Counted from the first letter of the stretch, positions 26,021 through 38,789 are shown. The stretch: 64,000 bases of DNA from Ostrea edulis (GCF_947568905.1 NC_079165.1:59272001-59336000); one strand, 5' to 3'. Notes: generated by a model not told the origin, from the sequence alone. Translations and numbers: made by a program.

Positions 26021-26747
26021 CGTACATGATATATCTCTAATTTTGTTAGTTTGACATGTTTACTATTTTTATGTGTAATATTACCTTTTTTATCTGCTAC
26101 ATAGGGATAATGTGTATTTATATTCGAATTTAATCTGAGGATTTGCAGACAAAGAGATGCAAATAAGATATTTTGAATAATGGTAGTAGTACTTAATAAT
26201 GATGATAAGAGTTTTCTTTATATATTATCTGTAACGAAAATACACCAGATATTTCTGTACTAAACAATTGTATAACGTCACAAAACCCTCTATCAGCATA
26301 CTATCATGAAAACATTCGAGATTTTAAGGCTCCATGACGAGACCAGATTATCACTAGAACTTAAAGCCGCTGAACACGCACAATTAGTCCTTGTGAAATG
26401 TTTTAATGGATGCAATAGCGTCCCTGAAAAAGGAGAAAAAAGTTTAAATCAAGACAATAAATCATGATTGTTGGAATGATTGCCACATTCCTGATCATGT
26501 CTACCAGATATTCTCGATTTCCAGGAAGGTCCTAGACATTAACAGCAATTTTCAAGTCGTAAAAAAATCCTCAAAGTAGCATTAGCCTTAAACTGGAAAA
26601 ACCAAAAAGGCCCTTAATTGCATAAATATACCAAACTGGTGTATCTGCTGGTCAAATGTATTGTTATTAATCTTTCGAATAAAAAAGGCCCAAGGAGAAG
26701 TATGTACTTCAACAGAAAGAATTCAACTGGTCGTATTGAGCCAATCG

Positions 26748-26749
<2 letters not shown>

Positions 26750-26781
<32 letters not shown>
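26750..26781. repeat. (CT)n microsatellite
   Basis: Direct reading. Confidence 0.95.
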
Positions 26782-26782
<1 letters not shown>

Positions 26783-28420
26783 ACCTCTCTGGGGTGTTGC
26801 CAGGATTGTTTCCTTTTCAAGTTCTGCTAATGGCCGCATCTCTTCCTCTACAAATTGTTACCGTTTGAAATGTCATAAATACTATCATGAATAAAAGTTC
26901 GTTTGCTGAATGGCAGTTCTATTTTCGACTAAATAGGACGTGTACATTCTTCCAAGTGGTAGATTTGGATCATTGAGACACTGATCGAGGGCACTGTCAA
27001 TTTAACTTTCCTGCCAATCCTCATCAAATGTTATCAATTATGTGTTGCTTGATGCAAATCAGTTTGCTAACACTATGTCGCTGTATATTGTTGGTATTCA
27101 TGTTTACAATGTGAAGTGTACGTAAAATGCAACAAGGTATCTAACGTCTGCGTAAAGGTTGCTATAAATGAAAATCCTTGTAGAAGAAATTTTTTGTTAA
27201 CTTATGAAAGTTATTGATATAAATCTCTGTGAACTGACATTACGTCCATTACTATCTGTCAACTTGATTCTCCTCCTTTACAAATCGATAATTCACTTAA
27301 TGTGACAGATTCCACACGTTCCGCGATACTGTCCAAGTTTTTTGTTGCATTCTCAAATTGTTCTTCATTAAAAGATATGTAAAATGACCTGGCATGTACT
27401 TAGATGGCACGAACAGCAATACAAGACTAATAGAAATCAAGTACTCTCATGAAAAAAGACTTGTCATGTTTGACGGGTCGACATTGCTCCATCAATTTTA
27501 TAGCCTGTAATTTGCTGTCACATCCGGGGCTCTCCTACAACCACAGCACCGCCGCGGACTAATGAAGGCGCTGTAGAACATTTCCTTTATGTTCACCAAA
27601 ATTGTCAATAAATGATTGTGTCATTCTGATATAGTTTTACTGCTTTGATTCAATTGGAAACACCTCTGGTATTGATTTTTAATGAGTTAAAATGGTTGGA
27701 GACATTGATATTGTAGATAGACTTTGACATAAAGCATTTTATTGCAGTATCATGTAAATTAATTGGACAGAGACAAATGATTCTCGTTATTTTCTCTGAG
27801 GATTAGGGCTTGGTGCCGCAAGACATAATCTGTTACTTGACAAGTGAAAAGAGTTTTTGTAAGTAACGGAATCTCCAAGTTAGAGGGAATTTTAATTCAG
27901 GAATATGGCCCGTTGTTAATGACACATCTAGCTAAATGCACGTACTTTTCCAATAAAAATAAAACAGAATCAGTGAAGGGCATTATATCTTTTCTATCCG
28001 TGGCAACTGTTTATTGCTGCTGAACAATTTCACATTTCGTCTAATTACACGTTCCTTTGGCTTTAAAATAAAATTGCTACGAACTATTTCATATGTTATC
28101 CGTTAATGCAACTTAAACCATTCGTTAACAATTTGGAATATTTTTATTTCAAACTGCTTTGTGATGGTAAATTATAAACAGAGCCGAGCATTTTAATGAT
28201 AGGTGAGCACAGGGGGTTTTTACAAGAGTAATTGCCAATTTATATGTTCAAACATCAGGATACTAAGGCCCGTCTTTCGGTCGGACTCACCAGGGATGCT
28301 CACTTTGAAGCTATCCATCCACCTTATCGGAAGCACATAACATTTTTCCTGAGAATCAATTTAGTTTTTAGCTATCAATCTGCGGTATCGTTTAATATAA
28401 ATGCTTTGATATATACAATG

Positions 28421-28423
<3 letters not shown>

Positions 28424-28472
<49 letters not shown>
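28424..28472. repeat. (AG)n microsatellite
   Basis: Direct reading. Confidence 0.95.
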
Positions 28473-28476
<4 letters not shown>

Positions 28477-28853
28477 CAAAATGTATATAAATCAGAATTA
28501 CTGAGCACTATATATCTACCATTATATTTGAAATAAATTATTTCATTCTAGAATAATTTGATTTACAATAACTCGCATTTTAAGTACCTTTGTCTAGTTT
28601 TTTTTTAAACCAAGTTGACCCTCTATGTACTAACAAAAAAAAACTTCATAACAACAGAGTAGTGTATCCTTATTTTAAAAAAAGCCATCCATAGTATATT
28701 CATCATAGGGTAGTCCTTTGTGTTCCAGGATAAAATTCTAAGATTACTCCATTATTAAGTGATATAATTATATGAGTATAGCTAAGGCAGCAAACTTTGT
28801 TTACGTATATTATATTCTAACGAAGCCTTTAGATTGCAAATAACCCAATTACT

Positions 28854-29612
28854 CAATGATTAATTCATAGTACAATCCTAATAACCCAATGATTAATTCA
28901 CAGTACAATCCTAATAACACAATGATTAATTCATAGTACAATCCTAATAACCCAATGATTAATTCCCAAATACAATCCTAATAACCCAATGATTAATTCC
29001 CAAATACAATCCTAATAACCCAATGATTAATTCACAGTACAATCCTAATAACCCAATGATTAATTCCCAAATACAATCCTAATAACCCAATGATTAATTC
29101 CCAAATACAATCCTAATAACCCAATGATTAATTCACAGTATAATCCTAATAACCCAATGATTAATTCACAGTATAATCCTAATAACCCAATGATTAATTC
29201 CCAAATACAATCCTAATAACCCAATGATTAATTCACTGTATAATCCCAATAACACAATGATTAATTCACAGTACAATCCTAATAACCCAATGATTAATTC
29301 ACAGTATAATCCTAATAACCCAATGATTAATTCCCAAATACAATCCTAATAACCCAATGATTAATTCATAGTACAATCCTAATAACCCAATGATTAATTC
29401 CCAAATACAATCCTAATAACCCAATGATTAATTCACAGTATAATCCTAATAACCCAATGATTAATTCATAGTACAATCCTAACAACCCAATGATTAATTC
29501 CCAAATACAATCCTAATAACCCAATGATTAATTCACAGTATAATCCTAATAACCCAATGATTAATTCACAGTACAATCGAAATAACTAAATGATTAATTC
29601 AAAGTGCAATCC
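28854..29612. repeat. 33/34-bp minisatellite (CAATGATTAATTCACAGTACAATCCTAATAACC and CCCAAAT variant), about 22 units
   Basis: Direct reading; two interspersed unit variants. Confidence 0.95.
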
Positions 29613-30800
29613 AAGGGCAGATTACTCTAAGCAAAAAACAAACAAACAAAAAACCCAAAACAATATTCCATCTTTCTTTGGGAAAATAATTGTAGTCTCG
29701 GGCTCACCATTATTTTTAATTTCAACAAGAATTACTGTATACGTTTGAGTACCTTGATATTGAGTAAATCTTACAGTTTTTTAAGCTTCTAATCTATTGA
29801 AAAGGTACACATTTTGAAACTGCTTTGACAAACTGTGCACCTGGACAGCATGCGCGAAACACCGGAAATGTTATTGGGGCATCATCAAAGATTCTAAGTT
29901 TGATATATCTCTTACATAGAATTACATCGTGTTGTACCCCTTCACTCTTTCTGTCATTGGAAGGAGGTCGAACATTTCCTATTGCGATGTCAAACGATCA
30001 AACCCAGACAATTTACCACAGGCCAGTGTATGTACTAGATGGCTTGGTAGTTACTGAATGCAGACCCATAAGATGTAAAAATAATAAACTATTTTAGGAT
30101 CAAACAGCAAAATTGGTATTAAGGAAATTAAGTAAACTGCCAATTGAAATTCAATTTACTGAACGATTATCCTACCAGAAAGATTGTAAAAGATTAACTG
30201 TATTTTGCAGGATATTTTTTCGCGTCCGAATGGAGGCGTTTGCGTTATTCAAAATGAGATATGATACACTAGCTTTTAAATGGAAAATGCATCTTATTGA
30301 CAATGTAACCGTACATTGGGCAAATGTTGTAGTTTACACTTTCATCAATTTATGAAATAATTACCCCACTTTTGGCATTTCCTTGTCTTTCGAGAAATAA
30401 AACAGTTAGAACCTCTTTATTTTGATAATAAAGGGTTAAGTACTTGATTCACATTCAGCCGTTTGCCAAAAAGCACCTTAATTTGATTGTATAAATGTGT
30501 CAGGAAATCAAATCAATGATGGCATGCTGTTTTTCATTTATTCACTGAAAGGAATTTATTAGATGTCCTAATTTCGTTTTTAATCGGCCTTATGTTTTAT
30601 TGTACCTCCAGACATGATATTAACTAGCATGTAAAATGTATATACTGACAAAACGCATTTATATGCTTTTAGGAAATCGTGACGTCATCATTAAGGAGAA
30701 CACGGTGGACAAGAGATGTAGGCAATTCGTGTCTAAAATCATCAGCTAGAGAAGCAGCATAAAACATCTTTGGGAACATTGACGAAAGACTATCGGCAAC

Positions 30801-31937
30801 ATGGCAGACACAGAAGAACCATTTTTCTCCAACATGACGCTTCCTTTCCACATCTCTTTTGTGTATCCTATCCCTCAGGCATTCTACCTTAACGGCTTCG
30901 TGTCTCCCATATTAGTATTTTTCACATTGGTGACAAATGCTTTTGTAGTTCTTATTCTACTACGACGACACATGCGCTCACCGACAAACGCGATCTTGGC
31001 TGCCATGGCAATATCCGACACGTTCACTGGGGTTTCTCCGCTTCCTGTCTTCATCCATTTCTTCTCTCTCGAAAACTACCACGACTTTGTCGAATATCAC
31101 TGGTGTTACCTGTACAAGTTTCTTGGCGAGCTTATTCCAACTATATTTCATACAGCCTCGATCTGGCTTACGGTTGCGTTGGCCATTCAGCGGTATATTT
31201 ATATCTGCCATACAGCAACAGCTCGACGATTTTGCACCATTCGAAACGTCGTACTTGCATCGATCATCATTTATGTTTTGGCTATTCTGTCCCAAATCAC
31301 GCGTTTCTTTGATTTTAAATTCATTCCCTTCCCCATACCTGCATTTGAGTCGCCGAATAAAACACTGGTATCGTGTATTGAGCAAATCAATTCGTGGACA
31401 AGTCAAAATGAAGATTTATATTTCAACCTTTACTTTTGGTTCAGGGTAATTTTCATCCACTTCGTCCCATGCACCATTCTTGTGGTGATAAACTCCATAT
31501 TGATTTGGACTCTTCGAACAGCCCAAAGACGAAGAATGCAGCTTTTAAAACAAAACAAGAAAAGTGAGTTGATGAAACTAAAGGATAGCAACTGCACAAC
31601 CCTGATGTTAGTCTCTGTTGTGGGACTCTTTTTGCTTGTCGAGCTACCATTGGGGGTTATCATGATTCTGCATCTCATCCAAAATAACTTTGATCTTGAC
31701 ATCATGTCCATCCAGACATTCAGATTATTAACATTGATTTCCAACACCTTTATTTTGCTGTCCTATCCGCTGAATTTTTTCATTTACTGTGGAATGAGTA
31801 GACAGTTTCGAGAAACGTTCATGAAAATGTTCTCCAAATTGCCCATGCCGACTCACCGAGAATGTTCGCATTACGCATCGGTGCCTACAGAAAACGGTAG
31901 GACCAACGCCGAGACGACCAGGGAAACGATGCTGTAA
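30801..31937 (+). CDS. SPR: Class A GPCR, sex peptide receptor / myoinhibitory peptide (Wamide, allatostatin-B) receptor-like, 378 aa
   Basis: Seven hydrophobic segments; motifs MRSPTNAIL.AMA.SD, HTASIWLTVALAIQRYIYICH, FRVIFIHFVPC, NCTTLML, YPLNFFIYCGMSRQFRETF closely follow Drosophila SPR as recalled; Kozak ggcaacATGG; splice acceptor at 30672. Confidence 0.92.
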   Translation: MADTEEPFFSNMTLPFHISFVYPIPQAFYLNGFVSPILVFFTLVTNAFVVLILLRRHMRSPTNAILAAMAISDTFTGVSPLPVFIHFFSLENYHDFVEYHWCYLYKFLGELIPTIFHTASIWLTVALAIQRYIYICHTATARRFCTIRNVVLASIIIYVLAILSQITRFFDFKFIPFPIPAFESPNKTLVSCIEQINSWTSQNEDLYFNLYFWFRVIFIHFVPCTILVVINSILIWTLRTAQRRRMQLLKQNKKSELMKLKDSNCTTLMLVSVVGLFLLVELPLGVIMILHLIQNNFDLDIMSIQTFRLLTLISNTFILLSYPLNFFIYCGMSRQFRETFMKMFSKLPMPTHRECSHYASVPTENGRTNAETTRETML

Positions 31938-32212
31938 CTGATAGTTGAGAAATCTGATGTGATCTGAGAGTACATTATCAAAAATATCAACAGCATTTGT
32001 CAAAATCTTGTTATGTGCACATTGCAGTTTTGTTTATTGTCTTATATTATTTAGAGTGGAAATATATGTAAATGTTTACACTGAGAGGACATGCTGCGCA
32101 CGATAGTTGTTACAATGTAACTACATTGAATTAGGAACGTGACTTGATATTCATTGTTATGTCTAGTGCACGGTGTTTAAGCATTACTTGTTACAATGTA
32201 GTCCATATTGTA

Positions 32213-32218
32213 AATAAA
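32213..32218 (+). terminator. Candidate polyadenylation signal of the GPCR mRNA
   Basis: AATAAA ~275 nt after the stop codon. Confidence 0.35.
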
Positions 32219-33119
32219 TCCATGCAAATCACAAATATGTATTGTCTTCCTGTCATTTCAGTGACTTGATTTCCGAGTGGTATTTATAGTATTTCTTTTC
32301 GAAAGTAACTTAATTGGAACATGTTCGATTGTCAACGACAGCTACACGTACATTTATATTGGAATGTAAGCGTCATCATAAGAGATTCACAATATTTACT
32401 CAATAAAGGAATCTTAATCAATGTTAACAGGAAGCACAGTGACTGGCTACATAAGTATCACATGTTCACTATTATCATTGGTGAAAGGCCGACTACTCCA
32501 TTTGATCTTTACGATTTCCATCACCAATTACCTTCCTTAGGTCTACCAAAGGAACCGATAATTTTGTCTGTAATAATAATAGTATTGGTATATATGTCCG
32601 TAATGATAATAGGATGGGTATATAACATACCGCCCCCTATTAGGGGGTGTTATGGTGTAACCCATAATATTATTATTACAGACAACAATTCCGGTTCCTG
32701 TGGGTCTACCAATGTACTAGTATGCAAACTGTGCATCACACACATTTATTATATAGCTAATAATTCTTTAATAAAAAATGTTATAAAAATTGAGCGTGTT
32801 ATACCTGGGCTACGAGAATCCGCATCAATACGTTCCGAGTACGAGTTCACGTTAAAATATTTCGACCCTGATTATTATTCAGAATTTGAAATATTCTCTA
32901 GCATTTATCGATGTTGAAAACGTGCGTAACTGTAATATTGCACGCATTCCTTTTAATGTCAATAATGCTTCAGTTTCTCATCAAAATAAAAGAACTAGAA
33001 TAAAGTTTAGCTATATAATAACGGAGTTGTTGAAATATTGGCACTCGTTGGGGTTGAAAAATTCGCTCAAAAGTTCACAAGTTGCTAATCGTAAAATCAC
33101 CTCATACGTCTACCAGTAC

Positions 33120-33255
33120 AATCCTCAAGTCATCACAATAAATCATCCGATCGGTCACCACAACGAGTCATCCGATCAGTCATCACAACGAATCATCCGA
33201 TCAGTCATCACAACGAATCATCCGATCAGTCATCACAACGAATCATCCGATCAGG
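33120..33255. repeat. 25-bp tandem repeat (ATCATCCGATCAGTCATCACAACGA), 4-5 units
   Basis: Direct reading. Confidence 0.9.
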
Positions 33256-33332
33256 AGCCCCAATTAATAGCTGGTCATCACCACTAATCATACGATAATT
33301 TGTAGGTCAGCAGGTGAACACGACTAATTGTA

Positions 33333-34065
33333 CCATCAGTCACTGGTCACCACAATTAATCGTACCATTAGTCACTGGTCACCACAATTAATCGTACCAT
33401 CAGTCACTGGTCACCACAATTAATCCTACCATCAGTCACTGGTCACCACAATTAATCCTACCATCAGTCACTGGTCACCACAATTAATCGTACCATCAGT
33501 CACTGGTCACCACAATTAATCGTACCATCAGTCACTGGTCACCACAATTAATCCTACCATCAGTCACTGGTCACCACAATTAATCCTACCATCAGTCACT
33601 GATCACCACAATTAATTGTACCGCCAGTCACTGTTCACCACAATTAATCCTACCATCAGTCACTGGTCACCACAATTAATCCTACCATCAGTCACTGGTC
33701 ACTACAATTAATTGTACCATCAATCATTGGTCACTACGATTAATCGTACCGCCAGTCACTGGTCACCACAATTAATCGTACCATCAGCCACTGGTCACCA
33801 CAATTAATCGTACCATCAGTCACTGGTCATTACAATTAATCGTCCCATCAGTCACTGGTCACCACAATTAATCGCACCATTAGTCACCACAATTAATTGT
33901 ACCATCAGTCACTGGTCACCACAATTAATTGTACCATCAGTCACTGGTCACCACAATTAATCGTACCATCAGTCACTGGTCACCACAATTAATCGTCCCA
34001 TCAGTCACTGGTCACCACAATTAATTGTACCGCCAGTCACTGGTCACCACAATTAATTGTACCAT
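33333..34065. repeat. 32-bp minisatellite (CCATCAGTCACTGGTCACCACAATTAATCGTA), about 23 units
   Basis: Period 32 from 33333. Confidence 0.95.
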
Positions 34066-34318
34066 GCTGTCTGACGTGTTTCATACCGATTGTTAAGCCG
34101 TTCTTGGCACACTGATTTTGACTGCGGATAACTCCATTTACCTGATCAGGAAATAGGGCTCACGGCGGGTGTGACTGGTCAACAGGGGGTGATTACTCCT
34201 CCTAGGCACCTGATCCCACCTCTGGTATGTCCAGGGGTCCGTGTTTGCCCAACTATATCTTTTGTATTGCTTATAGGAGTTATGAGATTGATCACTGTTC
34301 GTTATCTTCACCTTGCAT
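34066..34318 (+). mobile_element. Naiad-type 3' fragment abutting the 32-bp minisatellite
   Basis: tgtctgacgtgtttcataccgattg...gttatcttcaccttgcatt. Confidence 0.9.
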
Positions 34319-34576
34319 TAGGATATTTTCCGTAAACGGAAATTAATGTTATTTTGGTTGTGATATAAGAAATTGGCACAATTGGACAACAGCATAATAA
34401 GAATACCACCAAAAACAAATATGGATAAAATCAAAAATAAAAATTAATTTCAGCATTTTATAGATACATTTGGATATATGAATTAATTGTGGATATCAGG
34501 GAAGACATAAAAAAAAAAATACCAGCATAGGAGTTTTTGCCCAAGACAAAATTGTTTTAATATAAATATTTGATTA

Positions 34577-34580
<4 letters not shown>

Positions 34581-34630
<50 letters not shown>
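34581..34630. repeat. (TA)n microsatellite
   Basis: Direct reading. Confidence 0.95.
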
Positions 34631-34632
<2 letters not shown>

Positions 34633-34649
34633 TCGAATAATTTACACTT

Positions 34650-36111
34650 TTTAAGAGTAAACTCAGGTGACTTATTGCATCCGTCGTCGTTCGTCGTGCG
34701 TTAACAATTGAACATTTTTAACTTCTTGAAAATATTATTCTAATTTTCAAATTTGGTACGAAGCATCTTTGGGACAAGGGGGACAAACGTTGTAAATTTC
34801 AGAACTCTTGCAGTCATGGGGCCTTAGGAGCGGGGCAAAAACTGAAAATTGACGAATTTTCACAAATTTTCTTTTTTACAACTGCGATACGTGTAAGAAA
34901 TACTAAATGCAAAGTGATGTGGAGCTGGAAGGCCTCTACCAAAATTGTAAATTTCATGATCCCCGGAATAGGGGTTCTGACCTAAGGATGGGGGTATATA
35001 TTGTTTATGTCTAAAACGTTTAAATAACATCTTCTTTAGTGCTATTGATACTATGTTGATACAAAATACATATTTAGAAAGAAAAAGTAGTCCTTTACCA
35101 AAATTGTAAGTTTCATGATCCCAGGGGTAGGGGTTTTGGTAACAAGGACAGACCAAATTGGTTAATTATTTATGCGTGAAAAATAGAAATGTTTTAACTT
35201 CTTGATAACTGCTATTCCAATTCTTTTCAAATTTGGCATGAAGTATCTTTGGGACAATGGGGACATAAGCTGTAAATTGCAGGATTCCTGCTTCCCTAGA
35301 GCATTAGGGGCGGGGCAAAAACTTCCAAAAATTGACCAATTTTCAAAATTCCTCTTCTCTACAACCAAACACGTGTAAGAAAATCTAAATGCATAGTGAT
35401 GTAGAGCCTGTGCAAAAATTGTAAATTTCATGATCCCCGGGGTAGAGGTTCTGACTCCAGGGCGGGGCCAAACTTGGTATATATAATGTATATGTGCAAA
35501 ACATGTAAATAATATCTGCTTTAATTCTATTGATACTCAATTGAAAGTAAATAGATATTCAGAGGGAGTAAAAAGTCCTTTACCAAATTGTAAATTTCAT
35601 TATGGTAGGGGGTAAGGGTTTGGTTTCAGGGTGGAGCCAAACTTATTATAGTGATTATTGTATACATTTATCATTTGAAGGGCTTCTTTAAGATACAGTA
35701 TGAAAACTAAATGCATATTTTGGAAAAGCAGAAAAGAATGTACAGAAAATGGTGAATTTCGCAACCCCAGGGATATCACTTTAGGATGGGTCCAAGTAGT
35801 AATACATACCTATTAACATCTATTATATCATGTAAAGCCTTTCATCAGCCACGGTGGTCTAGAGGTTAGAGCGTTCGACCCGCATGCGGAAGGTCGGGGT
35901 TCGAATCTCGGCCGCGACATACCTAAGTCGTTAAATCAGGTAGTGACATTTCCATTGCCAAACGCTCGGCATCAGGTGTGAATGTCACGGGTTCTCGGAG
36001 ATGACCTTAAAACGGATGTCCCTTGTCACAGTAGGCGTGGTACGTTAAAGAACCCTCACTGCTCAATGGCCGTAAGCGCCGAGCAAAGACCTAAATTTGG
36101 AGCCCTTCACT

Positions 36112-36151
<40 letters not shown>

Positions 36152-36382
36152 AGAGACGTTAAATAAGATAGAATCATTCAATACATTCATCAGTATCAGT
36201 ATCACGTTTGAGGGCATTAAACTTTTAAGAACACATCTTGTTTTATTCTGTTGCTGAATATTACAATTTAGCTTAGATATGATCAGATTAGGAATTTTTT
36301 TCTAGATTTTTAGCCTTTGGGAGTAGTGATACTTTTTAACTAGTACTCAGGTGACCGGTAAGGCCTGTGGATCTCTTGTTTT
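34650..36382 (+). mobile_element. HINE with ~160-bp subunits arranged as a ~476-bp internal duplication, interrupted by a SINE
   Basis: 5' aaactcaggtgac..GTC microsatellite; ttttaacttcttga at ~34717 and ~35193; 3' actcaggtgaccggtaaggcctgtggatctcttgttt; absent from duplication copy 2. Confidence 0.8.
35849..36185 (+). mobile_element. tRNA-headed SINE, full length, with 8-bp TSD
   Basis: A box tggtctagagg and B box gggttcgaatctc; shared body and tail; TTCATCAG at 35841-35848 and 36186-36193. Confidence 0.9.
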
Positions 36383-36499
36383 ATTATACCCAGTGAATAA
36401 AATTCCTCCAAAACCTACGTTTCTATCATGCCAAAATTTGATCAAATAAGGATTTTGCTAAAACCTATGATATAACATGAGAGTGGGCCTACCTTAATT

Positions 36500-36860
36500 A
36501 TTTAAATGTGTGTCAAATCCGAAATGCTATTATAATTGTTACAGGGAACTTCAATCTACCTGGCTGCAATTTGAAAACAAACACACTAAAACAGTACATC
36601 CCACATTGGTAACCTCTACAAACTCCTTAGACATACCAGATGAGAACGGTTTAGTGCAGGAAGCGGCAAAAGAAGAAAATACTTTCGATTTGATTATTTC
36701 TAACAACCCCTCGAAGATAAAAAGAGTGGAAACTATACCAGCTATATCTAATCATCCTATTGTATTTGTGGAAATCAATACTGCTACATTACACAATCCC
36801 CTGAATTATCTCCCTTTGTAAAAAGGCCAACTGGGATATATCAAGAGTGATCAAAAACAA
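36500..36860 (+). pseudogene. CR1-like LINE APE endonuclease remnant
   Basis: GNFNLP...VQEAAKEENTFDLIISNNPSKIKRVETIPAISNHPIVFVEI resembles the C-terminal part of a LINE APE domain. Confidence 0.65.
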
Positions 36861-38789
36861 TAAAAGAAATACCCCCAGTGTGCTTATTAAGTATCACCTG
36901 CTGATTCTTAAATATATTTATTAAAAGTTAATGCTATATAATATATAGCTAGTTTTGACGTAACGAGGAAGTATCAGGAACGCACACATCTACGTATTTA
37001 CGCTTATAAGCAGTATATGACATAAGTCATACCATTTATGTAATTATCATACCATAATAATCATCGACCAATATCAACATATCGCATAACTTCATAAATG
37101 TCACATCATACGGTAACCACCATCTGTTAATTATTTCACAGCTGGACATCTGCAATATTAACAATCCTACATAGTATCATACAAATAGCCATGCCATAAA
37201 CATTAGACAGGGAAATCGAGCCACGCTCGTTGTTATTTGATATTTCAATATACTAAAATTCACAAGCTATACAGAAGAAGAAGTATCTATATCTTAACAA
37301 CAACGTATGCTAGAAACCTTCATGATCTTTGAAAATCAATAGGGGTCATTTCCTAGCCGCGACCAAACTTACTATGAATGTTGACCTTTGGGAAAATGAA
37401 TATCCTGTGTGCATGCTAAAAACCTCTATAGCCTTTGGATAAACTTGTCCTTACCAACCTTCCTATGAAGTTTAATGACCATTGGACAAAAAATCTCTAG
37501 TCATACTATCTACTAACTGATCTATGACGTAAGCAAAACACCAATGCCTTGATGAAACAGTGCAATAAGGGAGCACTTGCTATTCGGACCTTCGTAATGT
37601 TGTGTTCATCTACAGGAGTGGTTGCAGTTCTACACACATTCAGAAGTTGTTAATTTCATGAAAATTCATCATGCAGTGTTAAAAGTATTCTGAATGAATT
37701 TCAGTTTTATTATAAGATACTTTCTTCACGTACAGCTAAGACCATTTAAAAAGGAATTGTGGAACTTTTTTTTACAAGACAATCTTGGAAAATGACACAC
37801 ACACAAGAACACAATTTATATGAAAAGGTAATCAAAAATATTATATTTACAGCAATTAATAAAAACCTGTGGACCTTCATACTATGTACAATACTATATA
37901 TAAAATAATTTACATCCTTGGCAAAGACCTCGGCAATCGTTACATGTGAAACATCCTGTACACAAATTTGAAAAAAAATCAGGAGTAGAGTTCACTACAA
38001 AGTATTTTTAAAGTAAAACTTACATGTATATTTCTTATCAGGAGAAATACGCCAAGGAAGAAGAATGGTATATCAATATTGATTGCAAACACGGTTTCAA
38101 ATTTTTCTCTGAAGGTGAAGGTGAAGAAATGAGAAGTCGTTCAACTATTCTTAGAAGTAGATGGGATAGCGTCAAAAGCGGCAGTGAAGCAGTTCTGTAA
38201 TTTCTGGATCTGAAAGTGATTGCACTTGCTATAATTTAATCAACTTCGGATACATGTATTTCCTTTGTACTTACCCCCCCCCCCCCCTTCCAACGGGTAC
38301 AACCTTTATAATTTGCAATTGTCCCTGCTTTCTATTTCCCCGTACTCCGGCCTCTTCAGACATTGTTTGATCCTAGCAAATGGAGGTATCAGTTAACTCG
38401 AAAGACCATATCAACGGGGAGGAGAATTTCATGTATATGTGGTCACTTTCATGGGAACCTGAGCATCGCCCATTTTTACCATTTATTACTATTATAATGT
38501 ACAATTATAATGAAAGAGGTCGCAAATACAATATATTTCGTTAGATTTCAATTGATTTCCTTTGGATAGGTTTCGTATCGATTTCGTTTTGCATTTTACA
38601 GGTACCATATGAAATTGAGATAAAAATTATGCATGTAGCCATATGAGAAACTATCTGGGAAAAGGCATATAAGAAAATGGTTGGACGTTGGAATATGGAA
38701 AAGGGATTGATGATATAGAGTCAAAGATTTGACTATCAACATCTCGATGCACATTATTACACAAAGCACATTATTACACAAAGGACTTT

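Larger units (their letters stand above)
34335..38190 (+). repeat. Old direct duplication, copy 1 (partner 49638-54075)
   Basis: Collinear blocks 34335-34650/49638-50990, 36385-36880/50995-51490 and 36890-38190/52730-54075, roughly 80-85% identical by eye. Confidence 0.85.

Noticed and set aside
22208-27062. Three ATGCAAAT octamer motifs upstream of and inside the putative receptor locus
   Set aside because: Several occurrences are expected by chance in 64 kb at this base composition
30978-32003. Overlapping ORFs on other frames and strands of the GPCR (e.g. 30978-31406, 31430-31747, 31728-32003)
   Set aside because: Shadow frames of a GC-richer coding exon; no recognisable protein features
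35849-35925. Genuine tRNA genes (also 76-210, 7795-7865, 9283-9350, 13200-13272)
   Set aside because: A/B boxes are present, but I could not fold a complete cloverleaf, and each is fused to a SINE body or a transposon
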